Positions 9,001 through 17,713 of a DNA stretch of 64,000 nt are shown here, piece after piece. This DNA comes from Acidobacteriota bacterium. Lineage in GTDB: Bacteria > Acidobacteriota > Vicinamibacteria > Marinacidobacterales > Marinacidobacteraceae. The notes below the pieces were generated by a model. The model saw nothing but the letters and a program-made list of their open reading frames with translations, did no database searches and was not told the DNA's origin. The stretch is from the NCBI GenBank assembly GCA_009835985.1, contig VXWI01000113.1:172-64171 (forward strand). Direction: 5' to 3'. Positions within the stretch are counted from its first letter, which is position 1, and every line of letters starts with the position of its first letter. The position numbers and the translations under genes are program-made.

Positions 9001-10288
9001 TCCGGTGAGCGTCCAGGCGCTCGCCGCCCGACTCGCGCTCCCCGAGGCCCGGATCGAGGCGGCGCTCGCGCTCCTCGAAGCCGAAGGCCTCGTGCTCCAG
9101 GGGCGGTTTCGCCGTTCGCCCGCCAGCGACGGTCCCTCCGAGTGGTGCCACCGCCGGGTGCTGGCCCGCATCCACCGGCTCACCCTTGCCCGGCTCCGCC
9201 GCGAGTCGGCGCCGGTCAGCGCCGCCGCCTTTCTCGAGTTCCTCGCCCGGTGGCAGCACCTGACCGCGGAAAGCCGTCTCCACGGGCCCCGCGGCGTCCG
9301 GGAGGTCATCGCCCAGCTCCAGGGACTCGAAGCGCCGGCCGCGGCCTGGGAGTCCCAGATCCTGCCGCCGAGAATCGCCGGCTACCGGCGCGACTGGCTG
9401 GACGAGAACTGTCTCTCGGGCGAGGTGGTCTGGGGCCGGACATCCATTCCGGAGTCGGCTCCGGGGAGGGGCCCGGCGCGTCCGACCCGGGCCGCGCCGA
9501 TCGGCCTACTCCTCAGGAGCGACGTCGGCCGCTGGCTCCGACCCCGAGGTGAGCACTCGGAAGCCCTCTCCCCCGCGGCCGGCAAGGTCCTCGGGCTGCT
9601 GGAACGCGGCGGCGCGCAGTTCTTCGCCGAACTCCAGGAGCGTTCCGGGTTGCTGCCCGCCGCGCTCGAGGATGCGCTCTGGGAGCTGACCGCCGGCGGC
9701 CGGGTCACCGCGGACGGTTTCGACAACCTGCGCGCCCTCATGGACCCGCGCCGGCGAAGCGCCTACGGACGCTACCGCCGGCGCAAGGCTCGCTATTCAC
9801 CCGGCCGTTGGGCGCTCCTCGCGGCGCCCGCCAGGGACGAGGAAGAACCGGCGGACCACGAGGGGGTGGCGCGCCAGCTCCTCCAGCGCTGGGGCGTGGT
9901 GTTCCGCGAACTCCTGAAGCGGGAGCGGACGCCGTCGCGCTGGAGGGACCTGCAGCTCGTCCTGCGGCGGCTGGAAATGCGCGGCGAAGTGGTGGGCGGG
10001 CAGTTCGTCTCCACCTTCCCCGGAGAACAGTTCGCATTGCCCGAAGCGGTCGCTCCGCTCCGCCGGGCGGGCCGGAACGGCTCCGGCGCAGGGGTGCAGG
10101 TGAAGATCGGGGCCGCCGATCCGCTGAATCTGTCGGGAATCCTGGTTCCGGGCCCGCGCATTCCGGTCACCTCGTCCGAGAACCTGATTCTGGGAGATGG
10201 CGGGCTCTCGTCCGCGGGGCAAGGTCCCATCCGGCCCGCCTTCGAACCGCGGCGGGCGAGCGGGGAGGCGGGGGCGCCTCCGGCGTGA
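6062..10288 (+). CDS. lhr: Lhr-family large ATP-dependent DEAD/DEAH-box helicase (full length with long C-terminal extension)
   Basis: Track ORF 6005-10288. The N-terminus LSRFDPAVAGWFRERFEAPTEPQ...APTGSGKTLAAFL matches the Lhr N-terminus. Walker A is TGSGKT and motif II is VDEIHAL. The C-terminal region of about 900 aa is as in Lhr. Start is either GTG 6062 or TTG 6005. Confidence 0.9.
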   Translation: MSFPLSRFDPAVAGWFRERFEAPTEPQASGWPAIAGGEDVLITAPTGSGKTLAAFLFAVDRLIREARQGPLPDETRVVYVSPLKALSADIRRNLKVPLTEIAARAMGDADSFPAVRAELRTGDTPAADRARMTRKPPHILVTTPESLYLLLTAGRGRELLRTADTVIVDEIHALARDKRGSHLALSLERLDRLAGRPLQRIGLSATVRPLPDVARFLSPRTPEGPVVVPVGHRREMDLAVEVPDSEFGAVATHEIMEDIRDRIAALIEAHDTTLVFVNTRRMAERLTHVLGERLPEDAVLAHHGSLAREVRLEAERRLQEGDVRAIVATASLELGIDIGSVDLVCQLGSPRSIAVALQRVGRSGHWLGAIPKGRFFPTTRDELVECAALMAAVNAGDLDRIRIPEAPLDILAQQLVAEAGATPEERHDLDDLFGFARRADPYRNLGRAAFDAVIGVLSDGVATGRGRRGAFLHRDAVSGTVRARRNARLAAIQNGGAIPETAQYQVVAEPDERVVGQLDEDFAIESYAGDVFLLGTTSWRIRRITQGQVRVEDAEGAAPTIPFWRGEAPGRTAELSVRVAELREAVDRDPAEARIGLQRDSRLDQAGTDQVLRYLAAGRAALGAMPSQRTVVAERFFDDSGGMQLVIHAPFGSRINRAWGLALRKRFCRSFNLELQAAATDDGIVISLTDLHSFPLESVFSFLNPENLEHVLTQAVLGVPLFGARWRWTASRALAVPRRRHGQRVPPPIQRMLTDDLLAAVFPDQAACAENLAGEVRIPKHPLVDEAIRDSLHEALDSDGLRALIEGIRDGRVRTVAVDTPEASPFAAEILNANPFAFLDPAPLEERRSRAVRMRRSLPPELDTEAVLDPEAIAQAAAEATPLVRDADELHDALLTLGVARETPEWRGFFEELEAGNRAVAIVAGDAPFWLAAERLAVVRSVWPEVSLPPGIPVPGPGDAPDTRAEAVAAILRGVMDCSGPVSVQALAARLALPEARIEAALALLEAEGLVLQGRFRRSPASDGPSEWCHRRVLARIHRLTLARLRRESAPVSAAAFLEFLARWQHLTAESRLHGPRGVREVIAQLQGLEAPAAAWESQILPPRIAGYRRDWLDENCLSGEVVWGRTSIPESAPGRGPARPTRAAPIGLLLRSDVGRWLRPRGEHSEALSPAAGKVLGLLERGGAQFFAELQERSGLLPAALEDALWELTAGGRVTADGFDNLRALMDPRRRSAYGRYRRRKARYSPGRWALLAAPARDEEEPADHEGVARQLLQRWGVVFRELLKRERTPSRWRDLQLVLRRLEMRGEVVGGQFVSTFPGEQFALPEAVAPLRRAGRNGSGAGVQVKIGAADPLNLSGILVPGPRIPVTSSENLILGDGGLSSAGQGPIRPAFEPRRASGEAGAPPA

Positions 10289-11565
10289 GTCTCGCGGCAC
10301 CCGGGCAGCGGAGCCGCTCCCGGACGGACGCCAGCGCGGCAGAACCACCTCTCGCGAACACCGCGCGGCGCGCCTTCCGCGAGCGCTTCGGCCGCGCTCC
10401 CGACGGGGTCGCCTTCGCTCCGGGACGGGTGAACCTCATCGGGGAGCACGTGGACTACTGCGGCCTTCCTGTCCTTCCGGCCGCCCTGTCCCACGGGGTC
10501 GCGCTCGCCTTTGCGGCCCGCCGCGACGAACGGGTCCGGTGCCGGACGACCGAACCGGGATTCGACGAAGTCGATTTCATCCTCGGCGAAACGCCGGCGG
10601 CGGCGGGATTCGGGCGCTATCTGGCGGCCGCGGCGGCTGGACTCGACGCGGGCCGTTGGACGCCGGCCTCCCGCGCCGGGTTCGACGGAGCGATCGCTTC
10701 CGACCTCCCCGTCGCCGCCGGTCTTTCCTCGTCCTCCGCGGTGGTGATCGCCGGAGCCTTCGCGCTGCTCGGGGTCCGCGGCGGCCTCACGCCGGGCGAG
10801 GCGCTTCCACCCGAGGATGCGATGCGTCTGGCGCTCGATCTCGCCGAAGCGGAGCACGGCGTGGCGATCCAGGGTGGGGCCATGGACCAGTCCGTCTGCC
10901 TGGGCGCCGTCCCCGGACACGCGCTGCACATCGCCTTCGAGCCCCCGTGCTGGACTCCGGTTCCGGTGGACTCCTCCCGCTTCCGCTTCCTCGTCGCCCA
11001 TAGCGGCCGACGTGCCGACAAGGGAGGGGCGGCAGGCGCCATCTTCGACGAGCGCGTCCGGCAAACGCGGGAAGCGCTATACCTCGCCAGGGCGTTCCTG
11101 CCCCACGCGGACAGTTACCCGGCACTCGTCGCCCACCACCCCCTTCCGGAGCTTCTCCAGGCGGCGGACCGCCTGCCGGCGCCGCTGGCGGGACGGTTCC
11201 GCCACGTCGTTACCGAAGCGGGGCGCACCGCCGCCGCCGCGAAGCACCTCCGAGACGGCGACGCCCCGGCATTCGGCAAGACGCTGGACGCCTCCCACGA
11301 GAGTCTGCGGCGCGACTACGAGGTAAGCACCCCGGATCTCGATGAGCTCGTCGAGGCCGCGCGGAGCGCGGGCGCGCTCGGCGCCCGCCTCACCGGCGCC
11401 GGACTCGGCGGCTCCGTGGTGATCCTCGCCTCGCCGGACCGGGAGCCGGCGATTCGGTCCGCGCTCTCCGAGCGCTACTACCTCCCCCGCGGGATCCGCG
11501 AGCCCGCCGACACCCACCTCCTCGACACGGCGCCCTCGGGGCCGGCGCTCCTCGTCGCTTCCTGA
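10285..11565 (+). CDS. galK: Galactokinase-like GHMP kinase
   Basis: Frame of track ORF 9808-11565. Galactokinase signature is GRVNLIGEHVDYCGLPVLP. GHMP motif is PVAAGLSSSSAVVIAG. C-terminal motif is LTGAGLGGSVVILA. GTG 10285 overlaps the lhr TGA (GTGA). The start is uncertain. Confidence 0.8.
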   Translation: MSLAAPGQRSRSRTDASAAEPPLANTARRAFRERFGRAPDGVAFAPGRVNLIGEHVDYCGLPVLPAALSHGVALAFAARRDERVRCRTTEPGFDEVDFILGETPAAAGFGRYLAAAAAGLDAGRWTPASRAGFDGAIASDLPVAAGLSSSSAVVIAGAFALLGVRGGLTPGEALPPEDAMRLALDLAEAEHGVAIQGGAMDQSVCLGAVPGHALHIAFEPPCWTPVPVDSSRFRFLVAHSGRRADKGGAAGAIFDERVRQTREALYLARAFLPHADSYPALVAHHPLPELLQAADRLPAPLAGRFRHVVTEAGRTAAAAKHLRDGDAPAFGKTLDASHESLRRDYEVSTPDLDELVEAARSAGALGARLTGAGLGGSVVILASPDREPAIRSALSERYYLPRGIREPADTHLLDTAPSGPALLVAS

Positions 11566-11569
11566 TCGA

Positions 11570-14500
11570 TCAGGAAGCGGGAATACGCCGTGCCAGCGTT
11601 CCGGTTACGTCGCTCGCAAGGCTGTAGAGAACCGGCACCAAGAACAACGTGACCAGAGTCGCGAAGGCGACTCCGAAAGCCAGGGACACCGCCATCGGAA
11701 TCAGGAGGGCGGCCTGATAGCTGCGCTCCGCCAACAATGGGGTTACGCCGGCGCAGGTGGTCACCGACGTGAGGATGACGGCCCGGAAACGGGCCGGTCC
11801 GGACTGAAGCGCCGCCTCCCGGGCCGAAAGCCCCCGCGCCCGGCGCCGATTCGTGAAGTCGAGCATCACCAGTGCATCGTTCACCACGATCCCGATGAGC
11901 GGCACCATCCCGAAGAGACTCATCGAATCGAGATTGATTCCCATGATGAGATGTCCGAACACGGCGCCGGCGAGTCCGAACGGGATCGCGGCCAGGATGA
12001 GGAAGGGCTGGGTCCACGAACCGAGCGGGATCGCGAGTAGCACGAAGATGAGCATCACGGCCAGGAGCCCGCTACGCGCCAGGGCTGCCTGGCTCTCCTC
12101 CGCCTCGCCCGCCATCCCGGCAACCCTGAAGTCAACTCCCGGGAACCGCTCGCGGAGCCCGGGCAGCACTTGATCGCGGGCCGTGGCGATGACCGCATCC
12201 GGAGTGGCCACCCGCCCGTCCACGCTGACCAAAACGGTGACCGCCCGCAGCGAGTCCACCCGGCGGATGACCGACTGTCCGGCGGCAGGGGAGACCTCGG
12301 CGATGTCACCCAGGGGGTTTAGCCGCCCGTCGGGACTGCGCACGAGCATGTCGGCCACTCCCAACGCCCCACCCGAATCGGCGCGCGGGGAGCGCAGCAA
12401 CACCCGAACTTCGTCGCGGCCCCGCTGTAGCCGCGCGACCTCCTCGCCGTGAAACGCCTGGCGGAGTTGGCGGCCCACGGCGCCTGCGGTGAGCCCGGTG
12501 CCCGATTCCCCGGGCGGGACGCGGGCCACGAGGCCCGGAGCGGCACCCTCGAAGTCGTCGGAAACGGACGTCACTCCCGGAACCTCGCGGAGTCCCGACT
12601 GGAGGGCCTCGGAGGCAGCCAGGAGGCCTTCGAAATCGGGACCCCGAACCCGGAGCGATACGTCCGCCGCCTGACCAAACGCATCGCTGATCACGGACAC
12701 CCGGGCGTCCACCGGTGCCGATCGAATCCGGTCCCGGACCCGATCCGCGACCGAGCGCGTCGAGATTCCCGCGCGGTCCTCCTGAGGGCTGAGCCGCCAG
12801 ACGATCTGTCCGACCGACGCGCCCAACTCCGCGGACTGTCCGCCGAAGGACTCCCCGACTCCGATCGGAATCCGCTGCCCCACGAGAACCACCCGGTGCC
12901 GCTCGACGTCCACTCCCGACTCGGCGCGAATCTCCTCGCGCACCTCATCCACCGTGGCGTCGAGCGAAGCGACCACCGCACGGGTGGCGTCCGACGTCGC
13001 TTCCGCCGGTAGCTTGACCTGGACGAACGCGATGTTGTTGTCCATGGGCGAGCCGGTCACGACCTGCACGAAACCCCCGGCGGTGAGCCCGAACGCGAGG
13101 CAGAGCGCGAAGACGCCGAGCGCCAGAGTCGCCAGCCGGTTGTCGAGCGCCCACTCGAGCGCAGGTCGGTAGACCGTCTCCACGGTCCAGTCGAAACCCG
13201 ACTGGACCGCGCCCCGGACCCGTGCAAGACGGCGGCTCGGACGCACGGACAACCCGCCGTGCGCCAGGTGATGCGGCAGGATCCAGGCGGCCTCGATCAG
13301 CGAGAACGCCAGGATGGGAATCACCATCCGCGGCACGTCGCCGATCAGCTCGCCGTAAACGCCCGGGATCCCGAGGAGCGGGGCAAAGGCGGCCATCGTG
13401 GTCAGAACCCCGAAGGCCGCCGGAAAAAGCACCCTCCGGGTTCCACGAATGGCTGATTCCTCCCGGCTCTCCCCACCGTCGTCCATCCGTCGCTGGACGT
13501 TCTCGCCCACCACGATCGCATCGTCCACCACGATGCCGAGGGCCACGATGAATCCGAACATGCTGAGCAGGTTCACGGTGATCCCGAGTCCGGGCATCAA
13601 AAGAAAAGCGCCGAAGAACGTGAACGGCAAACCGGCCGCCGTCCAGACTGCGAGGCGGGTCGAAAGCGTGAAGAAGAGCACCAGGAAGATGAGTCCGAGA
13701 CCGGACAGCCCGTTCCGGACCATGAGGTCCAGACGACCCTGGAAGTCCTCGGATGCGAAGTACCAGGGGGTGACCCGGATCCCGTCAGGAAGCTGCGTCG
13801 CCCGGATGACCTCCCGCGCTCCCGCCGTGGTGTCCGCCAGCCGGCCGCCGTCTTCCAACAGAACGCTCAGAAACACTGCCGGCTCGCCATTCATCCAGGC
13901 TTCACGATCCGATGCGGCGAAACCGTCGGTGACGGTAGCAACGTCCCCCAGACGCACCACGCCGCCGTCCGCCGCCGTGATCACCGGAATCCGACTGAAA
14001 TCCTCGGCGGTCGTTGCGGCGCCCTCGGTACGCAGCGTGAGTTCATGGGCTCCGCTGCGCGCGGTGCCCGCGGGGATGTCCGCGGAGCCCAGCCGGACCG
14101 CGTCTCGGACGCCGTCGAAGGTCAACCCGAACCGCGTCAGGTTCCGCTCGGGGATCTCGATGGTCAGTTCCTGATCCCAGCCCGTGAGCCGCTCCACGGC
14201 GGCCACCCCGGGTACCGCCACCACTGCGTCGTGGACGCGCCGGGCCGCCTGGTGGAGATCTCGGTCGCTCACCGCCCCGTGTACCGCGATCCGGAAGATC
14301 TCCCGGTACCGGGCGATCTCGGAAACCACGGGATCCTCCGCCTCCGCCGGAAGCGAGGTGAGGGATCCCACGCGTTCGCGCACCGTGTCCCCGAGGCGGC
14401 GAATGTCCGCCCCTGCTTCGAGTACCAGCGTGAGCGCGCCGGCGTCGTCTGCTGCGAACCCGGTCATCTCCCGCACGCCCTCGATGCCCCGCAGCGCTTC

Positions 14501-14740
14501 CTCCAGTGGAAGCAGCACCCGGGCCTCGACGACTCCGGCCTCCGCCCCCGGTACCACCACGCGCACCACAACGGCGGGAGAGGAGGTTTCCGGCAGGAGT
14601 TCGTGCGGAATCCCGCCGAGGGCCAGGTAGCCCCCCAGCGAAACGCCGAAGAAAACCAGATTCGCGGCGACCCGGTTCCGGACGAACCAGGCGATCACAC
14701 CCGTGGAGCGGCGCTCCTGGTCAGGGAGTTCTCCGTCCAT
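11570..14740 (-). CDS. RND efflux transporter permease (AcrB/HAE family)
   Basis: Track ORF 11570-15367, trimmed to ATG 14740 (MDGELPDQERRSTGVIAWFVRNRVAANLVF...). The extra 209 N-terminal codons overlap the adaptor gene and are Arg/Gly-rich. About 1056 aa with 12-TM RND architecture (VVDDAIVVGENV, VVNDALVMLDF). Confidence 0.9.
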   Translation of the reverse strand: MDGELPDQERRSTGVIAWFVRNRVAANLVFFGVSLGGYLALGGIPHELLPETSSPAVVVRVVVPGAEAGVVEARVLLPLEEALRGIEGVREMTGFAADDAGALTLVLEAGADIRRLGDTVRERVGSLTSLPAEAEDPVVSEIARYREIFRIAVHGAVSDRDLHQAARRVHDAVVAVPGVAAVERLTGWDQELTIEIPERNLTRFGLTFDGVRDAVRLGSADIPAGTARSGAHELTLRTEGAATTAEDFSRIPVITAADGGVVRLGDVATVTDGFAASDREAWMNGEPAVFLSVLLEDGGRLADTTAGAREVIRATQLPDGIRVTPWYFASEDFQGRLDLMVRNGLSGLGLIFLVLFFTLSTRLAVWTAAGLPFTFFGAFLLMPGLGITVNLLSMFGFIVALGIVVDDAIVVGENVQRRMDDGGESREESAIRGTRRVLFPAAFGVLTTMAAFAPLLGIPGVYGELIGDVPRMVIPILAFSLIEAAWILPHHLAHGGLSVRPSRRLARVRGAVQSGFDWTVETVYRPALEWALDNRLATLALGVFALCLAFGLTAGGFVQVVTGSPMDNNIAFVQVKLPAEATSDATRAVVASLDATVDEVREEIRAESGVDVERHRVVLVGQRIPIGVGESFGGQSAELGASVGQIVWRLSPQEDRAGISTRSVADRVRDRIRSAPVDARVSVISDAFGQAADVSLRVRGPDFEGLLAASEALQSGLREVPGVTSVSDDFEGAAPGLVARVPPGESGTGLTAGAVGRQLRQAFHGEEVARLQRGRDEVRVLLRSPRADSGGALGVADMLVRSPDGRLNPLGDIAEVSPAAGQSVIRRVDSLRAVTVLVSVDGRVATPDAVIATARDQVLPGLRERFPGVDFRVAGMAGEAEESQAALARSGLLAVMLIFVLLAIPLGSWTQPFLILAAIPFGLAGAVFGHLIMGINLDSMSLFGMVPLIGIVVNDALVMLDFTNRRRARGLSAREAALQSGPARFRAVILTSVTTCAGVTPLLAERSYQAALLIPMAVSLAFGVAFATLVTLFLVPVLYSLASDVTGTLARRIPAS

Positions 14741-14781
14741 CCCGCCCGTGCCGCTCAGGAAATCCCGGTCACATCGCCTCG

Positions 14782-15990
14782 TCAGGGAACCGCCGTCTCC
14801 GAAGAACCGGCGATCCGCACCCGCATCCCCTCCGCGACCATGGAGGGCGGAGAGACCACGAGCCGCTCCCCGGCTGCCAGACCGGAACGAACCAGGACCG
14901 CGGTTTCGCCGGCCGGCCAGAAGGCGTCCACCTCGCGAACCCGAATGCGGTCCTCGGCGTCCACGACGAGGACGGTGCCGTCGGCGCGGAACGCGCTCAC
15001 CGGGACGGTGGCCACATCGGGGAACTCCCTTCCCTCGATCTCGACCTCCACGAACATCCCGGCCACGAGCGGCGGCCTGCCATCCGGCGTCGTCTGGTAG
15101 GGCCTCGGCACTTCGATCACAGCCGGAATGAAACGCGTCCCCGGATCCATCTCGCCCTCCATCCGGGTGAGGCGTCCCTCCCAGGCCCAACGGACCTCGG
15201 CGTCCGGCGGCCCGAGGATCGCGGTCACGCGCGCCGGGGACGCTCCCGCAGCGCCTCCCGGGAACGGGAGGTCCAGCAGCGAGAGCGCCGCGTCCGGGAG
15301 CGAAACCCGGACCTCGAACACGTCGAGCGAGAACAGCTCCAACAAGCGGTGCCCCGGGGTGACCCACTCGCCGACCTCGGCACCCCGAGCGGCGACCAGA
15401 CCGGAGTGCGGCGCCCGCACCTCCGTGTTTCCCAGGTCCGCTTCCGCGGTTTCAAGGGCCGCCCGGGCGGCGGCGGCGCCCTCCTCCGCGGCCGCCAGCT
15501 GCGGCACCCCGAGCGCCAGCGGATCCGGCGCGGTTCCGGTCCGTTCCCACTCGGTTCGGGCCATTTCCGCGGCCGCCCGCTCCCGGAGCAGGCGAAGTTC
15601 CGCCTCCGCGAGACGGCTTCGCGCTTCCGCCACCGCCTGGGCGTAGCGGGTCTGCCGGATTCGAAAGAGCGGGGATCCCTCGGCCACCTGCGTCCCGACC
15701 CGGAGCGCACTGGCGGCCCAGACGACCTCGCCGGCGATCTGGGCAGCGACCGCGGTGCGACGTGCGGGCCGCGCGGTACCGTCCACGGTGACAACGACCC
15801 GCTCCGTGCCGAGCTGCACGCGCTGAACCCGAACCTCGGAGAGCGCGGGCTCGAACTCCTGGGCCTCGGGCTCCGGGCCCAGCGCCACCAGGAGCGCGAC
15901 GACGGCGAACGACGCCAACAGGATCGGCACGAACAGGAAACGCCGCATCACCGCCGGCCAGCGGAGAACCAGGCTGCCAAGCATCCCCAC
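14782..15990 (-). CDS. RND efflux periplasmic adaptor (membrane fusion protein, HlyD/AcrA family)
   Basis: 402-aa track ORF directly upstream (41-nt gap) of the RND permease. It has an N-terminal TM anchor, a coiled-coil hairpin region (YAQAVAEARSRLAEAELRLLRERAAAE) and beta-barrel blocks. The start may be MRRFLF at 15948. Confidence 0.85.
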   Translation of the reverse strand: MGMLGSLVLRWPAVMRRFLFVPILLASFAVVALLVALGPEPEAQEFEPALSEVRVQRVQLGTERVVVTVDGTARPARRTAVAAQIAGEVVWAASALRVGTQVAEGSPLFRIRQTRYAQAVAEARSRLAEAELRLLRERAAAEMARTEWERTGTAPDPLALGVPQLAAAEEGAAAARAALETAEADLGNTEVRAPHSGLVAARGAEVGEWVTPGHRLLELFSLDVFEVRVSLPDAALSLLDLPFPGGAAGASPARVTAILGPPDAEVRWAWEGRLTRMEGEMDPGTRFIPAVIEVPRPYQTTPDGRPPLVAGMFVEVEIEGREFPDVATVPVSAFRADGTVLVVDAEDRIRVREVDAFWPAGETAVLVRSGLAAGERLVVSPPSMVAEGMRVRIAGSSETAVP

Positions 15991-16139
15991 ATCGTGAAAA
16001 CAGAGTGTACGGCGAACCGGGCTTCCACCGACCCGTCACGCGGACATCGAGCCGGAGCGCTACCGGGGGCCCACCCGCGAACGACCTACACTGCCACGAA
16101 CACGCATGCCGCCCAACCACCGTGCCGGGGATTAGTCCG

Positions 16140-16976
16140 GTGCGTTTGTGGGCGCTCTCGGATCTCCACATCTCGCACCCGCCGAACCGGAAGGCACTGG
16201 ACGACCTGCCGGCGCACCCCGAAGACTGGCTGATCCTCGCGGGAGACCTGACCGACGGCGAGCAGGGGCTCGACTGGCTGCTCGACGCGCTGACCCCCAG
16301 GTTCCGCCGCCTGGTCTGGACTCCGGGCAATCATGAACTCTGGACCGTCCCCGGGAGGGACCCGGGATTCCGGGGCGTGGCGCTCTACGAGCGGCTCGTC
16401 GCCATTGCCCGCTCCCACGGCGCCCTGACCCCCGAAGATCCCTATCCCGTTGTCGAACACCGGGACGGAAGGATCCTCATCGCACCGCTGTTCCTGCTCT
16501 ACGACTACAGCTTCCGGCCGCCGCACGTTCCGCGCCGCGAGGTCGTGCGCTGGGCGCGCGAAACCGGGGCGGTCTGCTCCGACGAGTATCTCCTCCACCC
16601 TGACCCGTTCCCCGACCGGGAATCGTGGTGCAGAGCGCGGTGCGAGTCGGCTGCCGCCCGGCTCGCTGCGTGTCCGCCGGACATCCCCAAAGTGCTGATC
16701 AATCACTTCCCGCTGGAGGAGGAGCACGCGGTGCTGCCGCGGGTCCCCCGCTTCACCCCCTGGTGCGGGACCCGGCGGACGCGCGGGTGGCACCGGCGGT
16801 TCGGCGCCTGCGCGGTGGTGTACGGGCACCTCCACATCCGAAAGACCGATTGGCTCGACGGCGTGCCCTTTCATGAGGTCTCTCTCGGTTATCCGCGGCA
16901 GTGGGATCACACCCGGGGAATCGGCGCCTACTTGCGGGAAGTGACGCTGGCGTCGGCGGGCGCCTTCTCCCGATGA
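16140..16976 (+). CDS. Metallophosphoesterase (calcineurin-like)
   Basis: Frame of track ORF 16005-16976. Motifs: LWALSDLH, LILAGDL, TPGNHE, VYGHLH. The GTG 16140 start is chosen by motif position and is uncertain. Confidence 0.75.
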   Translation: MRLWALSDLHISHPPNRKALDDLPAHPEDWLILAGDLTDGEQGLDWLLDALTPRFRRLVWTPGNHELWTVPGRDPGFRGVALYERLVAIARSHGALTPEDPYPVVEHRDGRILIAPLFLLYDYSFRPPHVPRREVVRWARETGAVCSDEYLLHPDPFPDRESWCRARCESAAARLAACPPDIPKVLINHFPLEEEHAVLPRVPRFTPWCGTRRTRGWHRRFGACAVVYGHLHIRKTDWLDGVPFHEVSLGYPRQWDHTRGIGAYLREVTLASAGAFSR

Positions 16977-17713
16977 CGACCCACCCCGGCCCGTGGTGGA
17001 ACTCGTGGCACAAAGGCGAAGGCGCGCTCATCCTGCATGTGGACCTCCGCCCCGATGACGGACGGGAGAGGCGGGCCCTGTCCTTCCTCGATGACGAGGA
17101 ACGGCGGCGCTGGGACGGTTTCGTGGTGAAGGGCGCCCGGCGCCGGTTCTCGCTCTGCCGCGCGGCGCTTCGGATCAATCTCTGTGAACGCCTCGGGTGC
17201 GCCAACGACGCACTCTCCTTCGGCTACCTCGAGCACGGGAAACCCTTCGCGAAGGTGAACGGGACGCCGTCACCCCTCAGCTTCAACGTCAGCCACAGCG
17301 GGTCGAACGGCCTGATCGCATTCGCCGAACACGACGGCTTGGGAGTGGATCTGGAGGAACGCGCTCCGGACCGGAACTTCGACGGCATCGGCAGCAGCGT
17401 CTACGGCCCGGCCGAGCAGCGCGTCCTCACGGCGGCAAGGGGACGACGGAAGGCGGATCTGTTCTACCGGCTGTGGAGCCTGAAAGAGGCGCTGATCAAG
17501 GCGCTCGGAACGGGTTTCGCCCTGAATCCGTCACGCTTCGAGGTCCCCCCGGCCATGCTCGGCGGAGCTCGGTCCTCGGTGTTCCGCTTCCCGCACGCGC
17601 CCTCCGATCGCTGGTGGTTGATGGACCTCGGGGAACCCCGGTTCGCCGCCGCGCTGGCCTACCGGCTGCCTTCCCGGGACACCGACTCCCACCTCCACGT
17701 CAGCGCGAACTGA
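16973..17713 (+). CDS. 4-prime-phosphopantetheinyl transferase, Sfp type
   Basis: Frame of track ORF 16901-17713. ATG 16973 overlaps the upstream TGA (ATGA). Motifs: FNVSHSG, GVDLEE, WSLKEALIKALGTG (the W-x-x-KE-x-x-x-K PPTase signature). Confidence 0.8.
   Translation: MTTHPGPWWNSWHKGEGALILHVDLRPDDGRERRALSFLDDEERRRWDGFVVKGARRRFSLCRAALRINLCERLGCANDALSFGYLEHGKPFAKVNGTPSPLSFNVSHSGSNGLIAFAEHDGLGVDLEERAPDRNFDGIGSSVYGPAEQRVLTAARGRRKADLFYRLWSLKEALIKALGTGFALNPSRFEVPPAMLGGARSSVFRFPHAPSDRWWLMDLGEPRFAAALAYRLPSRDTDSHLHVSAN

Noticed and set aside
14741-15367. 209-codon N-terminal extension of the RND permease ORF; similar long extensions occur on ORFs 4710-6146, 20832-23186, 45731-46414, 55598-56620, 40382-41284, 51672-52934, 28277-30187 and 28121-29941
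   Set aside because: The extensions overlap neighbouring genes, are Arg/Gly-rich and precede an internal Met that begins a recognisable signal peptide, TM helix or family N-terminus. The internal starts were checked in the nucleotide sequence.
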